Below the pieces are notes generated by a model. It had not been told where the DNA came from. It made no database searches and saw only the letters and a list, made by a program, of their open reading frames with translations. From Candidatus Multivoradales bacterium (GTDB lineage Bacteria; Acidobacteriota; Thermoanaerobaculia; Multivoradales; J023), in NCBI GenBank assembly GCA_965248925.1, contig CBDFLE010000005.1, forward strand, positions 352,001 through 416,000: a stretch of DNA of 64,000 nt, in the 5' to 3' direction. The position numbers and the translations under genes were made by a program. This document shows positions 47,262-56,560 of this stretch, piece after piece (the stretch's first letter is position 1; each line of letters starts with the position of its first letter).

Positions 47262-48242
47262 CTAGGCAGACAACGCCATGCCGAAGTTGGCGGCATAGCG
47301 CTGATGGAATTCTTCGACCGTGTAGCGGTGATTCTGTGGTCCGTGATGCTCGATGGCGAAGGCGGCGGTAACGCTGCCCATCCGACCGCAAGTCTCCAGG
47401 TCGCGCCCTTGCACCAGTCCAGCGACGAAGCCACTGCGGAAGGCATCGCCCGCGCCCGTTGGATCGATCACATCGGAGATCTTTGCCGCCGTCACTTCGA
47501 TGGCAGCCTCACCGCGGCGCTGAATGCGGCTGCCGTCGGCGCCGAGGGTGACGATGACCATGTTGACCAGGTCGAAGAGGTCTTCGCCGGACTTGCCGGT
47601 CTTCTGCTGAAAGACAGCGTATTCGTAATCATTGACCACCAGTGCGGCGGCTCCCTGGGCCGCTTTGGTAAGCGGCCCGCCGTCCATGGCGGTGACCTGG
47701 AAAGACGGATCGAACAGGCAAGGCAGGCCGATCTGGCGCGCTTCACGGCAGTGGCGCACCATGGCCACTGGATCGTCTGGGGCGACGATTACCAAGGCTG
47801 CCCGGTCGCCAGCCAGCTCGCTGAGGCTGAGTTCGGCGGCGTGGGGCATGGCGCCGACGTAGAAGCCGGTGATTTGGTTGTTGGACTGATCGGTAGTGAT
47901 GTGGCAGGAGGCGGTGGGCTCATCGGCGACGGTATGAATCGCTTCGACGTCGATACCCTCGCCGATCAGCCATTGGCGGTATTCGTCGAAATCGTTGCCG
48001 GCGGCGGCAATGATCCGTGCCTCCTGGCCGAGCAGCGCCAGGCTATAGGCAATATTCGCCGCGCATCCGCCGCGTTGCTTGCGCATCTCCTTGACCAGGA
48101 AGGAGATGCTGATGGCGTGGATCTTCTCCGGCAGGATGTGATCCTTGAAGAAACCGGGAAAGGTCATGATGTTGTCGTAGGCCAGCGACCCGGTGACGAT
48201 CACCTGGCCGTCCGCACGAACGTCGAGCGCTGGTTGGGACAC
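47262..48242 (-). CDS. PfkB-family kinase (adenosine kinase-like)
   Basis: TGSLAYD, GGCAANIA, DPTGAGDAFRSG. Confidence 0.92.
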   Translation of the reverse strand: MSQPALDVRADGQVIVTGSLAYDNIMTFPGFFKDHILPEKIHAISISFLVKEMRKQRGGCAANIAYSLALLGQEARIIAAAGNDFDEYRQWLIGEGIDVEAIHTVADEPTASCHITTDQSNNQITGFYVGAMPHAAELSLSELAGDRAALVIVAPDDPVAMVRHCREARQIGLPCLFDPSFQVTAMDGGPLTKAAQGAAALVVNDYEYAVFQQKTGKSGEDLFDLVNMVIVTLGADGSRIQRRGEAAIEVTAAKISDVIDPTGAGDAFRSGFVAGLVQGRDLETCGRMGSVTAAFAIEHHGPQNHRYTVEEFHQRYAANFGMALSA

Positions 48243-48331
48243 GCTAGGAAGCTCCTGATGTGGGTCGGGTTCGTTGGGGAACGGTAGGGTGGGCTGACGA
48301 CAGCGGCACCGATTGTCTCAGATCCGTGCCC

Positions 48332-49501
48332 TCAAGGCAAAGGGGGCGGCGGCGGAATTGAGTCGTCGTTGCGGGTCATCACTACCAGAGTAAGGTCATC
48401 GTCTTGTTGGCGTTGGCCACGGTGCTTGGTGGCAGCCGCCAGCAGGCGGTCGTGGAGCAGCTCGGCCGGGCCGCCAAAGCCGACTTGCTGGTGCAGTCGA
48501 TCGAAGCCGAAGGAGTCATCGTTGGCGCCGCCGAGCCCCTCGGGGAGGCCGTCGCTGTAGATCACCAGGGAGTCGCCAGGGCACAGCTCGGCGCGCTCGC
48601 CAAGGCGCTCCACCCCCCGCTTCATACCCAGCGGCAGGGCGCCTTTTCCGAGTTCCTGCAAGCGGCCGTCGGCACGCCGTAGCACCGGAAAAGGATGGCC
48701 GGCACAGCCGAAATAGAGCTCGCCGGTGCGCGGATCGAGGACGCTGTAGAAGAGGGTCATGAACGCCCTCCGGCCCCCGGTCCGGCAGAGGACCCGGTCG
48801 AGCATCTCGAGAACCGCCGTCGGTTGTGGATCGAGGTCGACGGCGGTGCGTAGGGTGGCGCTGGTGATCGCCATCACCAGCCCGGCGGAAATGCCGTGGC
48901 CGCTGGCATCACCAACGGCGATGACCATGCGACCATCGCTCAAGGGAATGAAGTCGTAGTAATCACCGCCGATCTCCGCCGCCGTGCAGTAGGAATGGCA
49001 GAGCTGCCAGCCAGGCATTAGGGGTGGACCCACCGGCAGCAACTCGCGTTGCAGTTGGCGAGCGACTTCGAGTTCGTCGCGCACCCTCACTCGATCGACC
49101 AGCTCCAATGCCAACAGCAGAGTCAGACCAGAGATCGAGCAGAGAAACCACAGCGGCGAGGAGTCGATGATGATCCGGGTGGGGCCGAGGGTTATGTCGA
49201 GGTCGAAAAATCCTAGCAGTGGAATCAGCAGGGCGAGGGAGAAGAGTAAGCGCCGCGCTGGTGAGAGCTTGAACGCCAGGCCGGTGAGAAAGGCTCGCAG
49301 CCGGCCGGGCAGGGCAGTGAAGAAGTCCTCTGGCTCGGCCCGCGGATCGTTGCCCGACAGCGAAGTATAGGCACGGGCCGTTTCTTCCGACAGCAGCCGG
49401 CGCAGTTCTCCGCCATCGAAGCCGTCGGTGTAGCTGCGGCCAAAAGCTTGGGCGCGTTGGGCCTGGTCGAGCAGACGCTGGCGCAGAGGGAGTTTCTTCA
49501 T
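48332..49501 (-). CDS. Membrane SpoIIE/PP2C phosphatase
   Basis: GGDYYD, GDASGHG, AGH, SDGL, DDLT; two TM helices. Confidence 0.92.
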   Translation of the reverse strand: MKKLPLRQRLLDQAQRAQAFGRSYTDGFDGGELRRLLSEETARAYTSLSGNDPRAEPEDFFTALPGRLRAFLTGLAFKLSPARRLLFSLALLIPLLGFFDLDITLGPTRIIIDSSPLWFLCSISGLTLLLALELVDRVRVRDELEVARQLQRELLPVGPPLMPGWQLCHSYCTAAEIGGDYYDFIPLSDGRMVIAVGDASGHGISAGLVMAITSATLRTAVDLDPQPTAVLEMLDRVLCRTGGRRAFMTLFYSVLDPRTGELYFGCAGHPFPVLRRADGRLQELGKGALPLGMKRGVERLGERAELCPGDSLVIYSDGLPEGLGGANDDSFGFDRLHQQVGFGGPAELLHDRLLAAATKHRGQRQQDDDLTLVVMTRNDDSIPPPPPLP

Positions 49502-49587
49502 CTCTGGGTGGTCATCGTATCAATGCTGCATACGCAGGCGATGAGAATCGGTTGACGCTCCTCTTCTGGGCCGCTAGCCTGCCGCCC

Positions 49588-50337
49588 ATGAACCAGGCTG
49601 AGCTGCTGACTGAGATTCCCGTGGGCAACGCCCTGGCGGTACGCCGAGAACGGGTCTTCTTGGTCCTCGCTGGGCTTTTTCTGGGTTCGATGACGATGCT
49701 CAACATCCTTGGTGTTACGCGCTTCCTCGACCTCAGCTTCAGTTTTTTTGGCCGCCAGATCCCGATGCCTCTGGCGGTAGGCGTTTTGCCCTATCCGATC
49801 ACCTTTCTCTGTACCGACTTCATTTCCGAGATCTACGGCCGGCGGCGGGCCAATTTCCTGGTCTGGGTGGGATTGGGGTTGAACTGCTGGCTCGCCTTGA
49901 TTCTCTGGCTGGGAGGGCTGTTGCCGGGCTTTGACCAGCCGATTGCCGACGCCAGCGGGCGGCTGCCGCTGTTTTTCGAGATCCAGCGCTTGAGCCTGGG
50001 GGCGATTGTCGCTTCGATGGTCGCCTACCTGGTGGCCCAGCTATGTGACGTCCACCTGTTTCATTTTTGGAAACGGCTCACCGGCGGCCGGCATCTGTGG
50101 TTGCGCAACAACGGTTCGACCATGGTCAGCCAGCTGATCGACTCGTTCTGCGTCATCACCATCACCCACTTCTTCTCCCACTCGCTGCCGATCGAAGAGG
50201 CACTGCCGATCTGGCCGCAGCTGTGGACCTTCATCCTCACCGGCTACGTCTTCAAGGTGCTGGCGGCGGCGGCGGATACGCTGCCGTTCTACTATGGCAC
50301 CGCCTGGCTGCGGCGATATTTGCAGGTGGGGCAGTGA
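49588..50337 (+). CDS. yhhQ: Queuosine precursor transporter (YhhQ/Vut_1)
   Basis: PITFLCTDFISEIYG, ASMVAYLVAQ, WLRNNGSTMVSQLID. Confidence 0.9.
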   Translation: MNQAELLTEIPVGNALAVRRERVFLVLAGLFLGSMTMLNILGVTRFLDLSFSFFGRQIPMPLAVGVLPYPITFLCTDFISEIYGRRRANFLVWVGLGLNCWLALILWLGGLLPGFDQPIADASGRLPLFFEIQRLSLGAIVASMVAYLVAQLCDVHLFHFWKRLTGGRHLWLRNNGSTMVSQLIDSFCVITITHFFSHSLPIEEALPIWPQLWTFILTGYVFKVLAAAADTLPFYYGTAWLRRYLQVGQ

Positions 50338-50353
50338 TGTGGGCAAAGTCGTA

Positions 50354-50893
50354 ATGGGAAGATCCCGACTCTATCCATGGCTCTTTGCGCTGCTGGCCGG
50401 GGCTGCTGTGCTGTTGCTGGTGGGGCGTTGTAGTGGACCCGAAGCGGAGGTCCGGCGACGCCTCGATGAGTTGGCCGAGCTGCTTTCCAAGGAAGGCGCC
50501 GAGAGCGCTCTTGAACAGGCCGCCAAGGGGCGGCGGCTGGGGAGTTTCTTCAGCCGCAGTTTCAGTGTTGACTTGGGCGAATATGGCCGAGTCGATAGAG
50601 TTGGTGAGGTCGCGCGCTTAGCTGCCGGCTACCGCCAGCGCTATGACCGCATGGAGGTGGTCTTCAAGGATCCGGAAACAGTGGTGACGGGCGACATCGC
50701 GACGACCGTGGTGCTCGCTGCGGTGTCCGCCCGAGAGATCGGTCTTGGTAGACAAGAACGCTACAGCTTGCGTCTTGAATGGCGTCGCGAAGGCGGCGAA
50801 TGGCGCCTTTCCCAGCTGCTGCTGTTGCAAGAGTTAGCGGGGTCGGCCCGGCGCCAATTGCCAGGCCGGCCGCTTACTCGCGGCAGGGACTAA
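50354..50893 (+). CDS. Hypothetical membrane-anchored NTF2/SnoaL-like protein
   Basis: N-terminal TM helix; C-terminal EWRREGGEWRL. Confidence 0.6.
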   Translation: MGRSRLYPWLFALLAGAAVLLLVGRCSGPEAEVRRRLDELAELLSKEGAESALEQAAKGRRLGSFFSRSFSVDLGEYGRVDRVGEVARLAAGYRQRYDRMEVVFKDPETVVTGDIATTVVLAAVSAREIGLGRQERYSLRLEWRREGGEWRLSQLLLLQELAGSARRQLPGRPLTRGRD

Positions 50894-50897
50894 CTAT

Positions 50898-51433
50898 TTA
50901 TTGCGGATTGCCCCCCACTAGCTCGAGATCGAAGGCGAGTCCAGCGGTCTCGGTGGCATGGCGGTGGACCTCGACCTCTAGCGAATTCTCGCCAATTTGC
51001 AGGTCGCTAGCGGCGATTGGAAACCCAATGTAGAGTCCCAGTGGCCGCCTCGTGGGTAATGCCAGGGTGCAGCGATCCACTGTCGCAGGCAGCGGTGGCA
51101 TGAAGGCACGTAGAACCTCCACGCCGTTGATGTAGACGACTGCTCCATCGTCTGCCAGCAGGAAAAGATTGTAGCTGGCGTAGGCGTTGGGATCCGAAAC
51201 CTGGAAGTCCCGCCTGAAGTAGACCGTCCGCCGCTGCTCTTCCTCGTCGTCACAGAACGCTTCCGGTGCATCTGTGTCGACCGCAGAGGTGGCGGCGCAG
51301 GCTTCCGGGTCGTCCGGGCCACAGGTCGGGCCCGACGGGCCGAACGTGGCGGTGTTGCCAAAAGGAGCTTCGCTCTTATCCCAACCGGACTCTTTGTACG
51401 CTTCTTCGAACCACTGACGAAGACTATTGTCCA
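50898..51433 (-). pseudogene. Orphan C-terminal galactose-binding-like beta-sandwich domain
   Basis: W...GW...APFG, TVYFRRDF, DDGAVVYING.EV.R, GEN.L.VEVH, FDLEL; cut at the MITE end. Confidence 0.65.
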
Positions 51434-51514
51434 GCACTGCTGTCCAAGATAACTCTGACTGAAGCCTGAGTGGCCGGAATGTGTCAATGAAAGTGAGACA
51501 CTTTCTTCTGGGAA

Positions 51515-52636
51515 TTAGTACGGAATCGGTAGTGGCTCCGGCACCATCGCTTTCAGCGAGGGCGCGCAGCCAGGGGTCTCGCCTGGTGCGTCGTTGTGTA
51601 CGCGGTGTGTCACTACGTTCTCGGTATCGACTGGGTCAGTGCTGGCGGCGGTGGTCGGCGGGTTGATCCAGACCTTGTCACTGGGCTCCGGCAAAGCCGG
51701 CGCTCGCCGCTTGAAGCGGCTTGGATGAGCGGCTGAGGCGGCGGCGAGGACTTCTCGACGTTGCTCCAGTACTGAGGCCGTGAGGCCGTAGTGGACGGTC
51801 TCTGGCGTCAACAAGCCGAGTCCTGTGTGGTAGTGCTGCGTGTTGTACCAGCCGATGAACGAGCGGCAGAATGCTCGTGCATCTTCCAGTGATCCGAAGC
51901 GGTCGGGAAAGCTCGGATGGTACTTGAGCGTCTTGAACTGGGCCTCAGAGAACGGATTGTCGTTGCTCGTGTAGGGCCGGTTCAGCGACCGTGTCATCCC
52001 GAGATCGGCCAGCAGTAGAGCCACTGGCTTGGATGTCATGCTCGAACCGCGGTCCGAGTGCAAGGTAAGTCGATCTCGCTCAACACCTTGCTTCTCAACA
52101 CTGTCGGCGATCAACCGCTTCGCGAGCCCTCCGGACTCGCGGCAGGCGAGCATCCAGCCGACGATGTAGCGGCTGAAGACGTCCAGAATTACGTAAAGGT
52201 AGTAGTGGGTCCACTTCACCGGGCCCTTGAGCTTGGTGATGTCCCACGACCACACCTCGTTCGGCCCTGTGGCCAGCAGTTCGGGCTTGGTGTAGTTGGG
52301 ATGACGCCGCTGACGGCGTCGCTCGCGCAGCTCGCCCTCAGACTCCAGGACCCGGTACATGGTGCGCACCGAGCAGATATGGCGCTGATCCTCGTCCAGC
52401 AGCGCCGCCCAGACTTGACGCGGCGAGCGGTCGACGAAGCGCTCCGAGTGCAACACATCGAGGACCTCCTGGCGTTCAGCGGGCGTCAATGCCAGCGGCG
52501 GTCGAGGCCGCGTTGATAGCTGCGGCCCTGCGCTCTGCTGCCGACGGCGGCGATAGAAAGTGGCTCTGGGGACCGCCAAGGCGACGCAGGCTGCTTGCAC
52601 CCCCACCGTCTCGGCCAGCGGCGCCACAGCGCTCAT
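51515..52636 (-). CDS. IS3-family OrfB DDE transposase
   Basis: Near-identical to 12360-13481. Confidence 0.95.
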   Translation of the reverse strand: MSAVAPLAETVGVQAACVALAVPRATFYRRRRQQSAGPQLSTRPRPPLALTPAERQEVLDVLHSERFVDRSPRQVWAALLDEDQRHICSVRTMYRVLESEGELRERRRQRRHPNYTKPELLATGPNEVWSWDITKLKGPVKWTHYYLYVILDVFSRYIVGWMLACRESGGLAKRLIADSVEKQGVERDRLTLHSDRGSSMTSKPVALLLADLGMTRSLNRPYTSNDNPFSEAQFKTLKYHPSFPDRFGSLEDARAFCRSFIGWYNTQHYHTGLGLLTPETVHYGLTASVLEQRREVLAAASAAHPSRFKRRAPALPEPSDKVWINPPTTAASTDPVDTENVVTHRVHNDAPGETPGCAPSLKAMVPEPLPIPY

Positions 52637-53046
52637 GGCTGGCTCTCGCTCGGCTCGATCCCTAGCAGCCGGGAAAGTTTTTTTTGGACATCGATGATCG
52701 TCTCGGCTTTGTACAGCTGATGCTTGAGCCGGGCATTCTCACGCTCAAGCTCCGCGACGCGGCGGGCCTCGGCAGAGACCGGTCGACGCTTGCGACCGCG
52801 CTTCTTCGACAGACCGGCCAGAGCTCCCGTGTCGCGCTGACGGCGCCACGTCGACAGTAGCGAGGAATACAGACCCTCCTGGCGAAGCAGGGCGCCAATC
52901 TCGCCGGGCTTGCTACAGGCGTCGGCGGCCTGGACGATGCGCAGCTTGTACGACGCGCTGTACCGCCGCCGCTTCGCCTTCTCAGCTACCTCGGGATCTG
53001 GTCGGTCAGCACCCATATCTCGCAGCTCGTGGCTTGGACTCGCCAT
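52633..53046 (-). CDS. IS3-family OrfA
   Basis: Near-identical to 11950-12363. Confidence 0.9.
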   Translation of the reverse strand: MASPSHELRDMGADRPDPEVAEKAKRRRYSASYKLRIVQAADACSKPGEIGALLRQEGLYSSLLSTWRRQRDTGALAGLSKKRGRKRRPVSAEARRVAELERENARLKHQLYKAETIIDVQKKLSRLLGIEPSESQP

Positions 53047-53370
53047 GGTGATTGCTCTCCACACCCTCACTAATTTCTCGGTACTTGAGTGTCTCACTTA
53101 CATTGGCACAGAGGGGGCCCGTGAAATGGGTCTTGAGGGGCACTGAAGGGCACTGAGTGAGGTCAAGGTCTCCATTTCTCAAGAAACCAGCTGTCCAAGA
53201 CCCGGCAGGTCTAGTTGGAAATGCTCCGGTGCTGTGTTCTCTGGTGGTGTCCCGAACGGTTCATCGAGCCAATCGCGCAAGTCCCGATAAGTGAAGAGGT
53301 TCAGTCGTAGCATCGATGCAAGATTCGAAAATGACCACCCCGCCTTGGAGATTATCTTGGACAGCAGTGC

Positions 53371-53700
53371 GAGTAGTTGATGCGATAGTCGTCGCTTTTG
53401 TCTGCGGTTACTGCGTTGTCGTGATCGTGATTTCCAGAGACCAAGATCAGCGGAATCGACTTGTCGAGTCGGCCGATCCGGTCAAAGAAGGTGTCGCGCT
53501 GCAGCTGATTGTTACGGCTGTTGGTCATATCGCCGACGATGGCTACGAAGGCTGGTTGTAGAGCGTTGGCCCTGTCCACCGCGCGGTCGAGTTGTCGCGC
53601 TTCGAGCAGATAGGGGTCGGCCTTGGGCTTTAAGACACCAAATTGAGGGTCGGCGATGATCATGAAGGAGAAGGTTCCCTGGTACTTGGTGACCTGAGTG
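53371..53700 (-). pseudogene. Truncated calcineurin-like metallophosphoesterase
   Basis: FMIIADPQFG, IVGDMT, VSGNHD; truncated at the MITE IR. Confidence 0.75.
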
Positions 53701-56334
53701 CATGCGCATCGGGTCTCTGATCCTTTGTCAGCAGGCGTTGGCTAGTGCTCAGCTGCCGGGGATCGATGCTCAAGGAGAAGAACCAATCCCCCAGGTCCCA
53801 CTCAGTACCGCCTCCGGCCTGCTCGGGCACCAGGTATTCGAGCCGGTCGTCGACCCCGTCGAGCCACAAGCCCTTGCCACGGTAGCCACCGGCGGCAATC
53901 GGCTCGGCGCGGGCGCCGCCCAGCAGGTAGCCAAACGCGGGTAGGTTCCAGCGTGTCGCGGCGGCGTAGTTGGCGATGTGGGCGGGGAATTGGAAGCCCT
54001 CCCCATCCACCCGACCGGTGTAGACAAAACCATCCTGAAAGCGCCCAGCGTCGGGACGAGTAGCGTTGATTGCCACACCCATCGAGGCGACGATCAGCGC
54101 CGCCGGATCGGTGACATCGTCAAACGCCACCTCGTCGGTCTGCCCCTGGGACGACAACTGCCACACCACCTCCCGCGGCCGGTCGGGCCGCAGATCTGGG
54201 TCGAAGGAGAACTGGTTCTCAAGCGAGTTGATCAAGGTTCGGGCTGAGGGCCCCACCTCGCTGCCCGCCGGTACATCACTGTAGAGGCGTAGCAGTCGAT
54301 GGAATGGGGCGCCCATGGGCACAGTGGCGTCGACATTGTTGTTGCGTGAATCGGGACTGAACATCTTGCCCTGAGTCCATAGCCCGACCAGGGTGAGCCC
54401 GACCCGTGGCAGGTGGTCGGTGAGGTCTTCGACTTCTTGCCGGGTCGTGGGATGCAGCGGTTGGTTGCCGTTGCATGAGCCGCCGCAGGGAATCTGCGCC
54501 TGGGTGCCGTAGAAGGGATGGCCCACGACCTCGAACTTCTCCCGCGCGACCTCATTCTCATCAACATAGAACAAGGTCGATTGACCGAGCATGAACATCA
54601 GATTGTCGCCATCGCGGTCGATCCAGGGGTAGCCGGCCCGAACCTGATGGTTGCCAGGCACGCTGGGCGACAGTTCCTGGTTCTCGAAGTCCCGCAGGGG
54701 GAACTTGGCGACGCCGTAATCCGCCATCAGCGGGTCGTCGTGCATTTCGTAGATGTGATTGAACGACGACCACTGGCTGATGTCGCAAGCCTCCTCGCTC
54801 TGCGGTATCACCGAGTAGCGAATCATGCCGTCCCCCTGGATGACCAATAGCCGGCCGTCGCCAGTGATGTTGGGTTCGAGAATCTGTCGCGGCTCACCGG
54901 CTGGGAAGGGCGCTATCTGTGGGCTGCTGAGGACCTGCACGTCGACGACGAGGGCGCGGTTGGTCAGCGAATTGACGCCGTTGGTGCCGGCCCGCTTGGG
55001 ATTGGCCACCACCACCCGCACTGGTGTCGCCCACAGCTCGTCTTGGGTGCCGGTGTCGTAAACAGTGACCACGACCAGGTTGTAGCAATCATGGTCACCG
55101 CTACTCGACGGGTTGCCGCTGGCGTCGCAGGCCGAGGGATTGCTCTGCCGGCCGGGAACGCTCTGCTGCCGGTTGACTTGGGCGAAGGGGCCGCTACCTT
55201 GGTGAGGATCACAGAGGGCGGTTGATCGGCCCTCGAAGGCGCCGCCGCTGGTGGTGATGGCGTGGAAGGCGGTCGCGCCTACATCAAAGCCATAGAGCGA
55301 GCCCCAGGATCCCTCCTCGTAGCTGCGGTCCTTGCCAGGCAGCTGCTGCTGACTGATGGGCCGGTCGAAGATCTCCGGCGTCTGCACGCGGAATTGCAGC
55401 CCCGCGCCTTGTTGCACCACGAGCAAGCGACCGTCGAAGGATAAGGAGCGGTTGCTGGCCAATGAAGTGTGGACCCGCGCGGCTTGGTATTTCAGCGTCG
55501 CGCCGCCTTGGCCGCTGCTGAGATCGAGCTGGCGGTCGAGCACATCCAGCGGCAACGCTGGTGATTGGGGCAGTACCGAGTTGGCGTTCCACGGCAACTG
55601 CGGCTCAACGCAGCCGACTCTGACTTTGGTGCCCTTCTCGCTGGGGCCGAAACCGCCTCTCAAGGTGCTGTCCTCAGTTTGGCAGAGAGACGCCATGGCT
55701 TGGCGGCAAGCGGTCGAGACCGTGGTCGAGGAAAGATCGCAGCCAGCGACCAGATTCTCGACATCGGCCACTGACTCTAAGAAGGTGGTTCCAGCGCTGT
55801 CCTTGACGCAGGCGACCACGGCGATCGTTGAGTTCTGCTCCTGGGGTCCGAAACCGGTGGAGAAGCCCACCTGGTCGTTACAAAAGCGGTGGATTGCGAC
55901 GCTACATTTTCGGTTTGCTTGCGCTGAGTTACAGCCGTTGAAATAGCCCTGGAGCACTTCATGTTTGGGCGAGAAGGTGAGGGCCGCCGACGGCGTCACA
56001 CAGGTGATGTCGACTAAGTTGAAATCGCCACTGTTCTCGACTCCCCAGCCACTGACATGTCCTTTGGCGGTGCAGAAGCGGTGGATGCCGGTATTGCATC
56101 CCTGGCTGGTCAGCGCTGCGCCGGTGCCGCAAGGGGAGGGTGGCCGCCATCGTCCAAACAGCCATTCAGATCCGCCAGGCAAGCACGGTCGATCTGGTAT
56201 TCCACCGCTGCGATATTGCTGTAGACGGTGTCGAAGTCGTTAGCGCCGAATGGCGTGGCGGTGGCTGCCGTGGTGGCCGTGAGAAAAGCTGACAAAGAAG
56301 TGAAGACCAAGGATGAATGACGCATAGACCTCAT
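53660..56334 (-). pseudogene. Large secreted Cys-rich repeat protein with truncated LamG-like C-terminus (frameshift near 56140)
   Basis: Signal peptide in ORF 56110-56334 continues out of frame into 53660-56182; three Cys modules; GYRGKGLWLDG LamG-like start. Confidence 0.6.
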
Positions 56335-56496
56335 GGATTGACTCCCTACCGTTGAAGTGCTCCTGCTGCCGGACCGGCTAGCGAAGATGCTGCGAGGACA
56401 CTCGAACGCAAGCTTGGGGCCAAGTGGGTCGCCGTCTTCAATGAGTTGATAACAAGGGAGTTACCAGGGAAGGGGCGGCTGGATGTTGGAACGACG

Positions 56497-56524
56497 ACGG
56501 GCTGCACGGCGGCGTGCAGCCCGT
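56497..56524. terminator. 12-bp perfect stem-loop downstream of the ThDP enzyme gene (possible terminator)
   Basis: acgggctgcacg-gcgg-cgtgcagcccgt; no clear U-tract. Confidence 0.35.
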
Positions 56525-56560
56525 AAGTCAAACCGTGCAACTGGAAGGGGGAAGCGAGGG

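Larger units (their letters stand above)
51475..53115 (-). mobile_element. IS3-family insertion sequence, copy 2
   Basis: Same ends as copy 1 (CCCTC-TGTG...CACA-TTCCG); 3-bp TSD GGC at 51472-51474 and 53116-53118. Confidence 0.9.
51434..53370. mobile_element. MITE-like element (~293 bp once the nested IS3 is removed) with perfect 19-bp terminal IRs
   Basis: GCACTGCTGTCCAAGATAA at 51434-51452 and its reverse complement at 53352-53370. Confidence 0.7.

Noticed and set aside
46785-48287. Long + strand ORF (500 aa) and similar antisense ORFs such as 59977-60966 and 6461-7324
   Set aside because: Shadow frames of well-supported opposite-strand genes in high-GC DNA, with no motifs
46755-50337. 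EVE + yhhQ as a modified-base defence system
   Set aside because: The genes are divergent and separated by a kinase and a phosphatase; no nuclease or dpd genes; looks like housekeeping context
11881-53115. Composite transposon formed by the two inverted IS3 copies
   Set aside because: Each copy has its own distinct TSD and the copies have diverged, indicating independent insertions
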